Position numbers and translations under genes: made by a program. Of a stretch of 64,000 nt of DNA, positions 1 through 13,873 are shown piece by piece. Numbering within the stretch: the stretch's first letter is position 1; the number at the start of each line of letters is the position of its first letter. Under the pieces are notes generated by a model. That model did no database searches, was not told where the DNA came from, and saw only the letters and a program-made list of their open reading frames with translations. Source of the stretch: Epiperipatus broadwayi (lineage: Eukaryota > Animalia > Onychophora); assembly GCA_028023455.1 (NCBI GenBank), contig JAQFVV010000002.1:4898001-4962000 (forward strand), given 5' to 3'.

Positions 1-449
1 TGGAATGGAAGAATGGATGAACTGATGTAGTGACTACTCTCTGAATCTGTCTATTGAACAGAATACTATTGACTGATTGATTGATTGATGATCAAAAATG
101 TTAATAAGTTTTTACAATTTTTTTATTTAAAAGGTTTGACATTTTAAAGTTGCATTTTTATTTTATTGATATTTGAAAAACAAATTAAAAGTACTTTTAG
201 GAGGATTTGTTCTTAGTTTAATCTTCCATGCTTAGTGATAAATCATAATCATTATCACAGATGTTTTATAAATATTATTGTATATATTTGAATTTAACCA
301 TTTTTTATTTGAATTTTATTAGCCATTTAATATAAATATTTATTTGGAATCAAAATTTATCATTACATATTTAAGTATATTGGAAATGTCTAAAATTACT
401 ATTACAATATTTATATTAAATAAAGAATATTCACTTTTATAAAAGGTAT

Positions 450-1004
450 TAAACAAGGCAAAACTTTCTATACAGTAGTGCCATCCTGTGCCAACCAGAG
501 TAATCAATGGGTGCATAAAATCCCTATCTAATGCCTACTCATTCAATATCCCCAGACTAGTTTCTGGCTTGTGTGAGGAGTTTTGGATCTGAGAGCACTC
601 CACCTAGATCTTAGGATCTAATGCAACCCTCCAGCAGCCACCTTTTATCTCTACTTAACTACAAAACTATGAGAATAAAATTGAAAACACAATAATATTT
701 TCAATCTAAGCTCAATAGCTTATATAGTCATATGGATCTGAACTCAGTTCAGCACTTATACATTTTAGTGTCTTTGGCTCTTTAAAAACCAAAGCCACCA
801 CTATCCTATTAGGCAATATTGGTGTTAAACTAGACTGGAATATTGGATGAGTAGGCATTAGATAGGGATTTTATGCACAAGCCTTCTGGCATCCATTGAT
901 TACTCTGGTTGGCATAGGATGGCACTACTGTATGGAGAGTTTTGCCTTGTTTAATAACAATTATGTGCTAGTATAAGAGATGGTGATCATGTGATGTTTA
1001 GTGG
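450..1004. mobile_element. Family A HHR-bearing non-autonomous retroelement, fold-back insertion
   Basis: Antisense arm ~450-827 is joined to a sense arm ~828-1004; the arms are reverse complements over ~130 bp. A 15-bp direct repeat ttttataaaaggtat lies at 435-449 and 1005-1019. The HHR core of the antisense arm has lost CTGATGA by a deletion between two CA dinucleotides (~570). Confidence 0.85.
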
Positions 1005-2139
1005 TTTTATAAAAGGTATGATTAAGTTTAGTTTAAAAATAAAATTTTATTATTATACACAATAAACCTCGAGATTTATAATTATTTGTACAGTTATTGA
1101 TGTAAAGGAAGAAAAAATATTCACATAATGTGAATAGAAAAAAATACCAGTAAAATAAAATAATTACATGTGCAATATATTACATAATATATTACATAAC
1201 TATACATAAAATATAAAAAATTATAATTATTTAATATATAAACATGCAAACAAAAGTGATGACAACATTTTATAATGACACCTTAAAATTAAAAAAAAAA
1301 AACCACTAAATTAATTTGATCATAGAAGTGAAGGAATACTTTTGTTGTATGTCACTTTTTTGATATAATTTTATATTATAAAGTATTTTAGAATAAAATA
1401 TCCAGAAAAAAAACCCAGGAATTAAAAATAATGAATTAATTTTAAAATAACCTGTGTTTACAAACTGCAGGTAATAAGACAAATCTCTAAGGGATTGCAT
1501 AAATATCACATTAAGCAAAGACTTAATCCCTAAATTTAAAATTATTATAGAAACATGATTGAAGTTTACAACAGACAAAATTGAATTCAAAAACAAAGTA
1601 TGAAAGAGTAAAAACTATGGCTCTAATATTTGGAAAGAATCCTCTCAATTTTATTTTAGCAAGAGAGAGTATGTTATGGTGGCATTCATATTTCAGAATT
1701 TTTGTAATCTGATATGGTACAATGAAATAGAAAATGATAAATTTATTCTTCAAATATGCAAAGAACATATAGGAACAACATGTGAGAGCTCCCTCTTAGT
1801 CAACAAAAAAGCATTGTTAGGAAGAAACTCAAGTTTAATTTTTATCAAAACATCTAAATATTTTATTTCAGAATTCTCATGTTAGAATTCTTTAAAGATT
1901 TTGTTATTATGAATTGAAACATTAAGTTTGAAATGGCAATCTATGAGCATCCTAGTATTTTATTTTATTAGAAATAAAATGATGATGTTATGTCAGTTTC
2001 TGGTGCTGCAGTCTTAAGTGTATTTGCTAGAAACATGTTATGTGGATTGTATTCATGGTGGTGTAGTGGCTAGAAATTGATAAAAATTTAGATCTCTGGA
2101 AAGCAGTGCATTTAATTAATCTTCATAGAAAAAATATAT

Positions 2140-3425
2140 AAATAGAACATAGAAGCAAAATTTTTTCACAGATTACAGATTAGTGTTAGCTAGTACAAGT
2201 TCTAGTAATCAATAGATACTAGAAGGTTGTGCATCATATTCCCTAATGAGTGATTTCCCATCTAATATTCCCAAATTAAGATCTAGTTTATGGCTTTCAT
2301 CAGTGAGCAGCCTCTCCAGCACCATTTTTTTACCTTTTTATTTAACTGTAAAGCTATTAGCCAAATTGGAAGCATACAAATGTTTTCACTACAAGTTAAT
2401 TTGCCTATATAGTCATAAACATCAAAAAATGCTTCAGTATTTTTACATTTTGGTGTTTTGGGTTTTTTAATAACCATGGTCAGCTTTATTTTTCAATTAG
2501 AATTCATGTTAAATCACTATATCATTATATGATCACCCTTTCTTTATGCCTACAAAAGTTGTTTAATAAGTATAATACTTATTTTTTACACACTAGTGCT
2601 TCCTAATGCAAGCTCAAGTAATCAATAAATGCTAGAAGGTTGTGCATTATAATCCCTATTCAGTGCTTCCTCATCAAATAACCCAGAGTAGTTTCTAGAT
2701 TATGGCTTTTATTAGTGAGGAACCTTGAATCTGAAAGCAGGAAATATATCTGGATTCTTGGATCTAATGCACAATCTCTCCAGCATCAAACTTTTATCTT
2801 TTTGCTTATCTATAAGACTGTGATCCTATCTGAAAACACATTAATGTTTTCAATCCATTTTATTTCTCTGTATAGTCATACGTATCTGAAACCAATTCTG
2901 TAGAACTACATGGTTTGTGTAAGTATAAAGAAAAAAATGTGATAATGTGATATTTTGAGGGCTTAGTACCATTTCTGGCCAAGGACAAAAATGACTATGG
3001 ATATTAAAAACCAAATACCAATATATATATATATGGAACTGTTTTCAGATTTGTGTGATTACACAGGCATATTATCTTGGATTGAAAATATTAGGGTGTT
3101 CTTATTTGGGCTGATAGTCTTATGTTTAAGCAAAAAGGTAAAAGAAAGAGGCTGAAAAGATGCATTAAATTCAAAGATCCAGATACACTGGTCCCAGTTT
3201 CAAGGCTTTTTCACTGATGAAAGCTATAATCTAGAAATTAGTGTAGGAGGTTTGTATGGAAAAGCACCAGATAGGGATTATAATGCATAAGCTTCTAGCA
3301 CCTATTGACCACTAGACCTTGTAGTAGGTGTCATTATTGTGTGGAGTAAAAAAATTTCTCTTGCTTTTAATGGCTAGTCTATGCATAAATAAAAAAGTGT
3401 TCATGTGATGTTTTAGTGGTTTAAT
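2140..3425. mobile_element. Older, diverged family A locus (about two antisense units, then a partial sense unit)
   Basis: Degenerate matches to the family A unit: agtaatcaat..gaaggttgtgcat at ~2205 and ~2618; tttcatcagtgag at ~2296; sense cactgatgaaagctataatctagaaattagtg at ~3212; ends with catgtgatgttttagtggttt. No TSD recognised; boundaries are approximate. Confidence 0.7.
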
Positions 3426-4534
3426 AAACAAAACACAGTGATAACTATAATTGCTGCATTTTACTGACTGGAATGACAACAGTTTTCTTGTTTTTAATCA
3501 AGTGAATACAAAGTGAATTCACTTTACCAACAAAAGAGTTAATGTACTTTTGATATATATATGACTAAGTCTAGTTTGAACAAAAGAACTGATTATTCTT
3601 TTTATCTAGTTCCATTATTATATTAATGACAATTATCCGTGAGGATATGCTAATATTATTGTTTATATATATAAATAATAAGTATTCATAGCCTGATATC
3701 CATATGTAAATTAATCAAATGGAATCACTTTCTTATGCTATTAATAAACAACACTTATAGATCAATAAATGCTTGTAAAGAATATAATATAATAATAAAA
3801 AATATTAGAGTTATAAAAACTGCTGATAACTTAACTAATCATAGCTTAAAGCTTAGTTAAATGTTTAAAAAATGTTTTTTTTTTTTTCAATAGATTAAAT
3901 TGAAAGGCTATTTTACATTTTGTTTATGTAATGTGCTTTTAATATAATAAAATGTATTCTTTGTCCTGTGATATAATTTCAAAATGATTTAGTTGTATTT
4001 AGAATCTGATTAATATATAGGTATCACATCCTACTTGCAGTAATATCAATGAGAATTCATTTAATAAACATCAAAGCTTAAGGAATGAGTTGCCACCATT
4101 CTTTATTAACACTTATTTTGTATGAATGCTGTTTATAAATAACTTGGGGAAAATGGTTACTTTTATTTAATTTATATATATTGTAAAGGATGAAAAATTC
4201 CACCCTTTCCATCAAAGTGCCATTTATGTTTTTTAAAAAAAATTCTTTAATTTGGCTTAGACGTAAGGATTTGTGTATAGTTTGTAGTTGTTAGTTGTTG
4301 TTATTTAGTTCATTTTATTTTATTATGATGTTTGCCTTTATTGGTGATTGTGGAATTTAAATAGCAATGATAATATATAAATTTGTATTTGTCTGTGTGT
4401 ATAAATATTATATATAGATAATAGCATATAAAATTGCTACTATATATTTATTTTGTATTTTTATTTTGGTAATTGTTTATGATATAATTTTATTGTTTAT
4501 TTATTTTTGTAAACTGCAAAACTGATTTTCTATG

Positions 4535-4567
<33 letters not shown>

Positions 4568-7500
4568 TTTAATACTTAAAAAATCAACAATTGTTGTGTT
4601 GAAGGTTTCTAAGTTAGTGTGTGGAGGTTTAAACAATGAAAAGGGATCACTATAGCAATAAATAAAAAAATCTTCACCATTAAAAAAAGAAAGAAGCAAG
4701 AACTTTACTTTGTCTGATTTGCAATTTAACAACTATTGGACCAAGGTACAGCATTCGAATATCAGGTTAATACAATAGATTACTTTCTGGGGCATTTTGC
4801 CCTCTGTCAATCTTATTTCACTATCAAAATCCAGCAAAACACTTAATTAATCAACAAGCGAGCATCTATAAGCAAACCTCAAAATAAATAGCTATTTAAA
4901 CTTTTAAGATTATTTTAATAATTCTAAACTAAATGACCAAATCAGTTTATTTCTACAGCTAATTTGTCAACCCAGATAATATCAAGGAAATGCCAGGAAT
5001 TAATTGCTTAAGAAGAAAGTATATGTTATGTACTCACACGTTTGCCAATATATATATATTTTTAAAAAGTTATTTCAACCATCACCGAATGGCCAAGACA
5101 AAAGCACTTCAAAACCAGTGAACTGTAAATAATGAGGAAGTTTAAGATCATATGGAGTAACTAAATTGATCAATTTATTTTATTTTTTTTAAAAAATCAT
5201 TTATTTATTTATTTTTAATAAAATTTATTATTAATATATTTTTTCTGTGTTTTAAAATGTCATTTAAAATAGATGTTATATATATAGATAACTTGATGTT
5301 TAATCAGTCAGAATGATTTAAAATATACTGGTTTTATAAAGTATGCCTAAAGCCATTTATTAATAAAATTATTATTATTATTTTTTTAAGTCATAAATAT
5401 TATATGCAAAAATTGCTGTAAACAGACCGATTATAATTTTTCATTTTAGACAAATGTCTACATATAACATTTATTCATTAGTAAAAAAAAAAAAAAAAAC
5501 CTGTTATATTTTAATTTAAATTGCATTGCATATATATATACGTATGCTAAACATATGTGTGCATGATTTAAACTGGGAATTAAAATTCAATATATTTGTT
5601 TGCATAGGGGTTATTTATATTATATAATAAATTTGTGTCTACAAATTTATCGTTGTTTAACGATTTTCTTCACCAATTTATTTTTTTTTTAAAAAAAATT
5701 ATTGTTAGATGTGTTTTAAAAGGATAGAACAGATTAGTTATTTAGCATCGAAGTTGCAGACAGATATTCCCACATGCGTTATATGGGAGTTGTTTATACA
5801 TATTTTGTTTATCTATAAAGATTACATAATATGGCCACATATATATATATATTTCATAATAAGCATTTAATGAAACCCAGATTAATAATATTACGAATTG
5901 AGATGTTGAATTTGCAGGCTATGATAAAAGCCTTTTATAAATAATAAGCACAAATAGCTGGTGCTCACAGTATAAAAATGTATGATCCAATGTAAATGAA
6001 GCAAATAAATATCTATATAGCATAGTGGGGAAAGAATTCTTATTATATTTTGTGTTGATGCTTTGTTAAAAGATTCAGCCTTGAGAAGCACATCTATAGT
6101 ATTAAATTATTACTTAATCAAGCTATTATCAACTTATCTTTTTTTTATATATATAGTTTTATATATGATAATTGATGAATGATTCCTATGCAAACATAAA
6201 TTCCATTCCAATTCATGCTTATTGCTCATAAGTATTTCCATTTGACTCATGTTTAATAAAATTAGGAATTTGAAAAGTGAACTGATTTTGTATGTTCTTA
6301 CATATATTTATTGCTGTTTAAAAAGATCTAACCACTATTTAAAATAAAGCATATATCAATTGTTTTATAGGAAATGACTTGGTGTTTTTACTTAAATTTA
6401 TTAATATCTTTATTTTCTCTTTTCAGTGCAGAAATTATTAGTTAATTTGGTAGATTTATAATCAGTTAAATGATAATATTGTGTTTTGTTAATCATTCAT
6501 TTAAGCTATCATTAATTGGAATAGCAAGTCATATAATCTTTGTTTATAATATAGGTTGGATTCAACAAAATTCCCTTTACTTCCAACTTGTATTTTAGTG
6601 AATAATCAAATCATCAATCAAGTTAACCCCGAGAGTAAACCATTTAAGATGTCTTTATCATTGTTCTTTAGTATCCAGGTTTATTTTACATATAGCTAGC
6701 TGAGGAAATGATTTGGGTAATAAAACAAAACCTGAGATACATTATAATGGAAGTCAATTGTCCATGTCAATTAGCTCACAACGAATAGGGCGATTTTATC
6801 TCTTTTCATATGTATATCACATTTCATTACATTTACCACTCAACCATTAGGACAATTGAACATTTCATTACAATATATATTATTCTGAGTTAAGAGTAAG
6901 TGATATTTATGCATTAAAATGACATCATGTATTTCTTTTTTGTTTTAAAAAAATATTATTTATCTTTTAGTCGACCCTTTTTAAATCATATTCATGTTAA
7001 AAATATTTGAACGTTTTAAAACAGATTTATAAATTTTAAATTAAATTTATTGTAAAAGTTCTGTAGATTAAAAGTATGAAATTTTCTAGTTTTTATAAGC
7101 AGCTTTTGTATCTCTAATGTCGTATTAACGTATTCTGATATTCAATGATCAATGTCAGAATAGAATCTATTGTTAGACTTAAAATTATAATTGTGTATAT
7201 CAAAATATAATCAAACTTTTTGAAACATTGTTTATAAAAAATTCTTATTCTAAGAGTTTTTTTCTATGCAAACTCTAGAAGTCTGTGTTTCCTTATATTT
7301 TTTCACTTTATATTTAAATAAATTCAATGCCGTTTTAGCTTTCAATTATTTTACAGATTTAGCATTAAAATATCTTATGACAATTTTCAATTGTTGTTTG
7401 GTCATTTAAAAGCATTCTACACTTCCATAAAAAATTCCTACACTTCTTCACCAAAATGAAAATTTATTGAGCATAAAATTACATGTATTTGTTATTTTCC

Positions 7501-8534
7501 ATTAAGTTTAATAACTATTTTTTCTAATATTTTTGTTTCAATCTCCACAAATATTTTCAATATTAATGCCTTTGGCATCAAAACTCATGGCAATATTTTA
7601 AAGCAATTATTTGTTTATATTTTTCTTTTTATATTTATAAAGTCTTAAGTCATGTATTTTTTTTTATTTCAGATAATTTGCAATTGTAAGCCATCAAATA
7701 ATATCACTTAGGATAATCTTATAATTTTTGAGCACTGGAAATATCAATGATGAGCTGTAATTCATTGACCTTTAGCTCATGAGTCTACTTTATTACTGTA
7801 TTAAACAGTAAATAGCAGTCATCCAAATAAAAAATCATTGCTGAATGGAGGAGTATATCCATAAATCAAAGATTTTAGCACCATCAGACTTTGATATTCA
7901 ACTCATAGCTTTACCCAATGACATTATAGTTATATATATTTTTTCAAAATATGCAAAATGTTTGAATGTCTGCATAATGAAAATATTTTAGTTTTTCTTT
8001 ATGACATAGAATCATCTGAATGCACTTTCAATGAATTTCAATAGAATCATAGCTCTCATACATAAATAATATATGCTGCTCAACTTATAAAGTTAGGCAA
8101 TGATGTATGTATTTTACTCAAAGTTAATCAAATGTTTCATTTACTAGATAACTGGATGCAGTTTTCTTTCTCATTGACTATATTTTTATTGTTAGCTATA
8201 AATCATACCTCTCTGATCTTTTTTTTATTACCCTGCTCTATGCAAACAGAATCTGCCATTTGTGGGTCAAAATGTGACTGTGTTGCTGTTCATGGCCCCA
8301 AAATAAAGACTTCTTTTCAGGGTTGTTTTAGCATACCTATATATTAGGCAGTGCTAATTTAGAGGAGATATTATAAATTTCCCATAGCATACATTGATAC
8401 AAATTATGTTATTGCATGGAATTTTATATGTGATCTGTGATGCTTCCTCTATTGTAATTTAGTTTTGATGTTATTGATTAATATATTAAGATTTTAGGGT
8501 GGGGTAGATACAGAAACGGGCAGCAAAGAAAACA

Positions 8535-9036
8535 ATAGCACATCCTTCATACCAGTGCAAACTTTAGTAATAAATGGATGCAAGAAGGTTTGTGCATAAA
8601 ATCTCTATCTAGCATCTACTGATCCAATAACCCCATAATAATATCTAGCTTGTAGCTTTCATCAGTGTGAAGTCTTGGATCTAAGAGCACTGCACCTATA
8701 TCATTGGATCTAATGCAACCCTCTAGACAGCCACTTTTTATCTTTTTAGTTAACTATAAAGCTAGGAGATCAAGATGAAAATAATGTTTTAATCCAAACC
8801 CCTCAACTTGTATACTCATATAGATCTAAATGCAGTTCAATGACCATACACTTTGGTGACTTTGGTTCCTGGCTAGGAAAATACTAGGTAGGGATTTTAT
8901 GTACAAACCTTCTTGCATCCTTTGATTACTAAGGCTTGCACTGGGAGGCATTACTGTATGAAGAGTATGCTACTGTTATTAACAGCTTGTGAAAGCATAG
9001 GTAGTTGTCATCATGTGATGTTTTGATGGATTTAAA
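8535..9036. mobile_element. Family A fold-back insertion
   Basis: Antisense arm ~8535-8875 and sense arm ~8876-9036, ending after catgtgatg. Probable 10-bp TSD aaagaaaaca at 8525-8534 and 9037-9046. Confidence 0.75.
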
Positions 9037-10139
9037 AAAGAAAACAGTGTTTAGTTATCTAATAAGTGGAACATTTGAATAACTAATTCAAATAAAATAC
9101 AGACATTATTGCCTGACTGTATAATGGAGCAGCATATATTATTTATCTGTGAGAGCTATGATTACATTGAAATTCACTGAAAGTACACTCAGCTGATTTT
9201 ATATCATAAAAAATAAGTAAAACCTTTTTGTTATGCAGATATTCAAATGATTTGCATATTTTGAATTACAAACACCAACAAAAGAAATATCAGTATTAAA
9301 ATACATGTGTAAATGTATGTGTGTGCATATGAGTATTTATATGATTTTTAAAAAATGATTTGCAAAGTATTGCTAACATATTGTCATTATGTGATCCTGA
9401 TTTGGCATATAAAATTAAACTAAGTAAATAAGAAACTTTTTCCAGATTCTAATAGCCTGAGAATTGATTTTTCAATGACTATAGCTAGTTTATTTATTCA
9501 CTTACTATTGAACTTAAAATAAATATGTAGCTATTATTAGTTTAGATATTGAAAGATTGATGAAAAACTGCTAATACTTTGACCAATTTGCAGTTAAAAA
9601 TCTAGTTCAATAGTACAATCTGCATACCACCTAATGTTACGCGGACAGTTTTTTCAATGGTACACCTAACAAAAGAACAATTAATTAAATTTGTTGATAC
9701 TTTCTGCTGCTCTTACACATAAAATCTTATTTATAACATTTTCCCTCTAATATTTCTTTAAACTAACCAGGGGTGTTATTATAATAATATTAGGGAATGG
9801 TTTCAGTTGTAAACTGTATGACCAAAGTTATATTTGTTCAACTTGCAATAGGCAAACAGAGTTTAAAAGAAACTGTTCAAAAATATCATGTATTTGCTTC
9901 AGTAATTTTCAGAAAGTTCTGTGAAGTGCATGCAATGAAAATCATTTATTTTAGTAAGAACTTGGTTTGTCTAGTTATATTAAATTAAACTAAATTTAGT
10001 ATAAATTAAAACTTCTACTTTCAAAGTAAGCCTTTATGATAAGTGGTTTATCTTTATATTTTAATTTTTTTATTTCCATAAATATTCTTTTCTCAGGCCA
10101 AAATGTTAATATTCAAAAAACAAAATTTGCCTATTTTAA

Positions 10140-11810
10140 AAAGAATGAGGGAAAAATTATGATTTTCTAAGGCAAGAAGAAAAAAATCATGTGTTGTTTA
10201 TGTTTAGAAACAACTGCTGCATGTATTTCAAATGTTACAAGATATTATGATACAAAATAAAAGAAATGATTATCTTATTTGAATTTTGATGAAAGAAAAG
10301 AATAATTAAAAAAGGTATATGAATGCAAAATATATATATATTATAAAATTTTATAAAATAAATCATGAAATCAACAAATTTAGTTTTTATTTTCATACTG
10401 AATTGCTAAAAAAGGGAAACCATACATAGATGGAAAGTTCTTAAAGGAAACCTTTTTATGAATGACTGAATATCTTTTATGCAATTTTTCAAATAAAAAT
10501 AAAATTATGCAGAAAATCAAAGATATGCTTTTATGTGTGTAAACTGTTCAATGAAGAATAAATTCCATGAATGAAGATATAAACCTATAATTTAAAAATA
10601 ACTTGGAGCAATGGGGTGTTATTTGTTTATCTTTGGATGAAAGCATTGACAGAAATGGCATTGCATAATTAACATTAATAGCAAAATATTATTCAGTTTC
10701 TAAAAAATTTACGATTGAAAAAATGTGGATTCTTTCACTAATGTATTCACAACAACAGTAAGATATTTTGGATTGTGTTGTAAAATGCATAAATAAATGT
10801 AATAATGTAAACAATAAAATATTTTCTGTTATGATGGATGAAGCAGCTGTAATGATCTGTAAAAATAGTGATTTTATTTAAGATATAAGAATAGTGATTT
10901 CAAATAGGCAAAACTCACTATACGCATTGCCACACACAGCGAGCTAGAGTAATCAATGGATACCAGAAGGGGTGTACATAAAATCCCCATCTAGTGCCTA
11001 CTCATCCAATATCCCCAGACTAGTTTCTGGCTTGTGCGTGTGGTGATACGTATAGTGAGTTTTGCCTGTTTTAACAACAGTTAAACACAAGCATAAAAAG
11101 TGGTGGTCATGTGATAATAGTGATTTCATTTAAGTGTTTGAAAAATATCTTAAATGACTAATTTTTATTCATCAAGAAAGCTTGCAGGCACATATTTCTA
11201 GCTGAAAATTGCAAGAAGTTAATGTATTCCATGACCAAAAAATGTCAATACAATTACTACATTACTGCACACCCTTTATTCTCTCACATAATTGGACCAA
11301 ATCACACTATGGAGATCTTATATAGAGTTCAGTGATTAAGTAGGGGGGAAATTATTAACAGATTTATCAATCTTTTAGCAGAAATAAAAATATTTTTTAA
11401 GACAAATAGATGAAAATTGTCATGATTTAAGTAATGATAAGATTGTTTTAAACTTGATGTTTTAAGTGACATTACAGACCACATAAATTGATTAAACAAA
11501 AAATTTCAAAACAAAAAGCTATCAACATTGCAAAAATATTTCGCATATAGACGTAATGATTTAGAAAAAATTTAAGAATGTTTAAATATATTTTGAGCCT
11601 GACCTAGATAAGATTATTTTTGAAAATTTAGTATTTGAATTTAGAATTAAGTGAATTTAATAATTCTAAAATTTGGAAAAACGAAGACATATGTATAAAA
11701 TGATCACATTTGTTTTTTGTTTTCAGTACTTAGCGACTCACTTCCGGTCAATGCTTTGACATAAAAAAAAACATATTATTGTGAGCAAGCACTCTCAATG
11801 ATGAAATATG
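10140..11810 (+). pseudogene. Degenerate hAT transposase (GTF2IRD2/SPIN-like), interrupted by a family A insertion
   Basis: Hand-translated fragments match hAT motifs in the expected order: BED-like CCLCLETTAACISNVTRYYDTK (~10190); SY*IAKKGKPYIDGKFLKETF (~10393); LSLDESID (~10628); SVMMDEAAVM (~10826); IHQESL (~11166); VQ*LSRGEIINRF (~11325); SDITDHIN*LN (~11464); TYYCEQALSMMK (~11770). Many stops and frameshifts. Confidence 0.8.
10903..11115. mobile_element. Family A short fold-back insertion inside the dead hAT
   Basis: The antisense arm runs up to the HHR helix II loop (~11035), then switches to the sense 3' end, finishing ggtcatgtgat. A 13-bp TSD aatagtgatttca lies at 10890-10902 and 11116-11128. 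Confidence 0.88.
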
Positions 11811-13440
11811 GCATTAACCCATAGTCGTTTAACTAAGTTTCAAAAGTTTATCCTCCAGAGAATCACTAATATTTAAATAATGTATTTTTTTAGATGCTTT
11901 TATATAGAGTGTATTATTACAGTCAAATAATTTTTTTTTAATATGGTTTTACTCGTTCAATTTTAGTGACATTATATATATATATGGCAACTTCAGTGTA
12001 AGTAGGTTGCCGACTGCAACTCAATTGATCATTCAAAGGCTTTTTTTTTTCAATAGATTGAATTTAAAAGTTATTTTACATATTACTTATATAATGTGAA
12101 GTTTATCTTTTCATATAATAAAGTTAACACTGATAAAAAATTTTAATCAGTTTTTTATTCACTAATATTATGTAACTATAATTTTTAATTATAAAACTAA
12201 AATAATAACATATGCTGTATATTGCCTTAAAAATTCAATATATCTCAGTTTGCTGATATAACAATTATGTATAAAGAATATAAAAATGTAATTACATTTT
12301 TAGCGCTAATTATTGAGAATCTAATTAATAAATTTATGTATGTATTATATATTTTTTCTTTCTAATTATACATTTTCTAATGGCATTGTAAGATATATGT
12401 ATAGAATGTAAATCTTTTTTTTCTTCATAGATTGAATTTAAAACATTTCTAAGATCTTTATTTAATTTATTACTTTATAGCATTGTTTTTAAAAAGAAAA
12501 GAAAAGCTGCTTCAAAATATTTAAAAAATAATTTAAAAATAGATTTCCTCAAAATATCTATTTTTCAACAAATCTTATAAAGAACTTTATAGCATATTGG
12601 TTACACATCTGCTAGCTAATTTTAAAATTTGGGTTTGAAATTTGAGATTGAAGCTTAAAATTTTGTTCACATCACCAAATACTTGACTTTTTTTTAAGTA
12701 GCTAGCCCTAGTTACCCATCTAATAGTGGTTGGTAAATGGGTTTTGGATAATATATAAAATGCTGAAGTTAATCTTGTTTAGTCAGGTGGGTGATGAGAT
12801 ACTGACTGTAAAACAAGTAGAATTATAATATGATGTGTCCTTAATATCTATTGAGCAAGATGGCTGCTGATCTCATGAGTTTCGTGGTCTTAATCTACTG
12901 TAGCATACCGATGTGAGAAAAGTCCTGCATTTTCATCTCAATACATCATATGTTTGATTCATAAATAAAAGTTTTGGATTTAAGTCCAGAAAAACAAAAA
13001 AAAAACTATTAAATTGGAATAAAACTTTCAAGTAGATTTTTCAGTGCTACATTGTTGGAAATCTGTGCAGATGTAGGCATAAGTCAAAAATTTACATAAG
13101 CAAGAAAAAGTCACTTTACAAATTATAGTCAGATAAAGCATCAAAGAATAATTTAATAAAACATTTTGTGATGTTAAATACAATTATTTGAAAGCAAAAC
13201 TAAATGTCAGCTACGACATTAAAACAAAAACAAATCTTATAGTTTGTTGAACTATTAAATATCATCCTAATTGAAGTATATATAAATGTGATATTTAAAT
13301 ACAAGTACATTATATATATTTTTAAGCTAGATGTAATTAGAGCAAATTTGAACTCAGATTTTCAAGCTCTCTTCAGTCATCCATTCCATCTTATATAATT
13401 GACATACGTGACCATATATATGCGAAAAAGATAAATGAGG

Positions 13441-13485
13441 TCCAATATAAGTATTTCATGCTGAACCAGCATTCATCAGATTTCC
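13441..13485 (-). ncRNA. Type I hammerhead ribozyme motif (family B, left arm)
   Basis: Minus strand reads CTGATGA-atgctg-gtt-cagcat-GAAA-tactta-TA-ttgga. Core is intact and helix II is a perfect 6 bp; the helix I 5' strand is decayed (ggaaat). Confidence 0.7.
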
Positions 13486-13830
13486 AGATCATCATCTCTT
13501 ACACACATATATAATCAGTGCTCAGTCTATATTAAAATAGCAAATCTTCAAACTTTAATGGACAAGCTTCAATCCCGCTTCTGTGTATATATATGGTCTT
13601 AAGGTTCTGCATATGAAGGATCAAAATGACTTATAGTTAACATCGGTATAACAATATAATTGACAAACAAGGGCTTTGAACATGACATCATCAGATTTTT
13701 AATAACGTGGACAGCTGAAGAGTTGGGGAGTGGAGAGGATTGAAGCTTGCCATTAAAATTTGAAGATTTGCTATCTTAATATAAACCAAGCACACTGATT
13801 ATATATGTGTGTGGGAGATGATGATCTGGA

Positions 13831-13873
13831 TCAACTGATGAGTTCTGGCTCAGCATGAAATATATATATTGGA
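13831..13873 (+). ncRNA. Type I hammerhead ribozyme motif (family B, right arm)
   Basis: tcaa-CTGATGA-gttctggctcagcat-GAAA-tatata-TA-ttgga. Helix I is tcaa/ttgg and helix III is palindromic (ATATATAT); helix II is partly decayed. Confidence 0.65.

Noticed and set aside
450-1004. Interpreting family A, B and C palindromes as MITEs or Foldback DNA transposons
   Set aside because: Variable 10-16-bp TSDs, asymmetric ends, tandem units, variable inner junctions and ribozyme cores fit retrotransposition better.
7200-8000. Possible very old hAT (ZMYM1-like) transposase fragment on the minus strand (GINIENICG)
   Set aside because: Only one short motif is convincing by eye; it needs a frameshift-aware search.
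12855-12912. Minus-strand GAAA-ctcatgag-ATC with tgct/agca flanks
   Set aside because: There is no recognisable CUGANGA or helix II, so it is too decayed to call.
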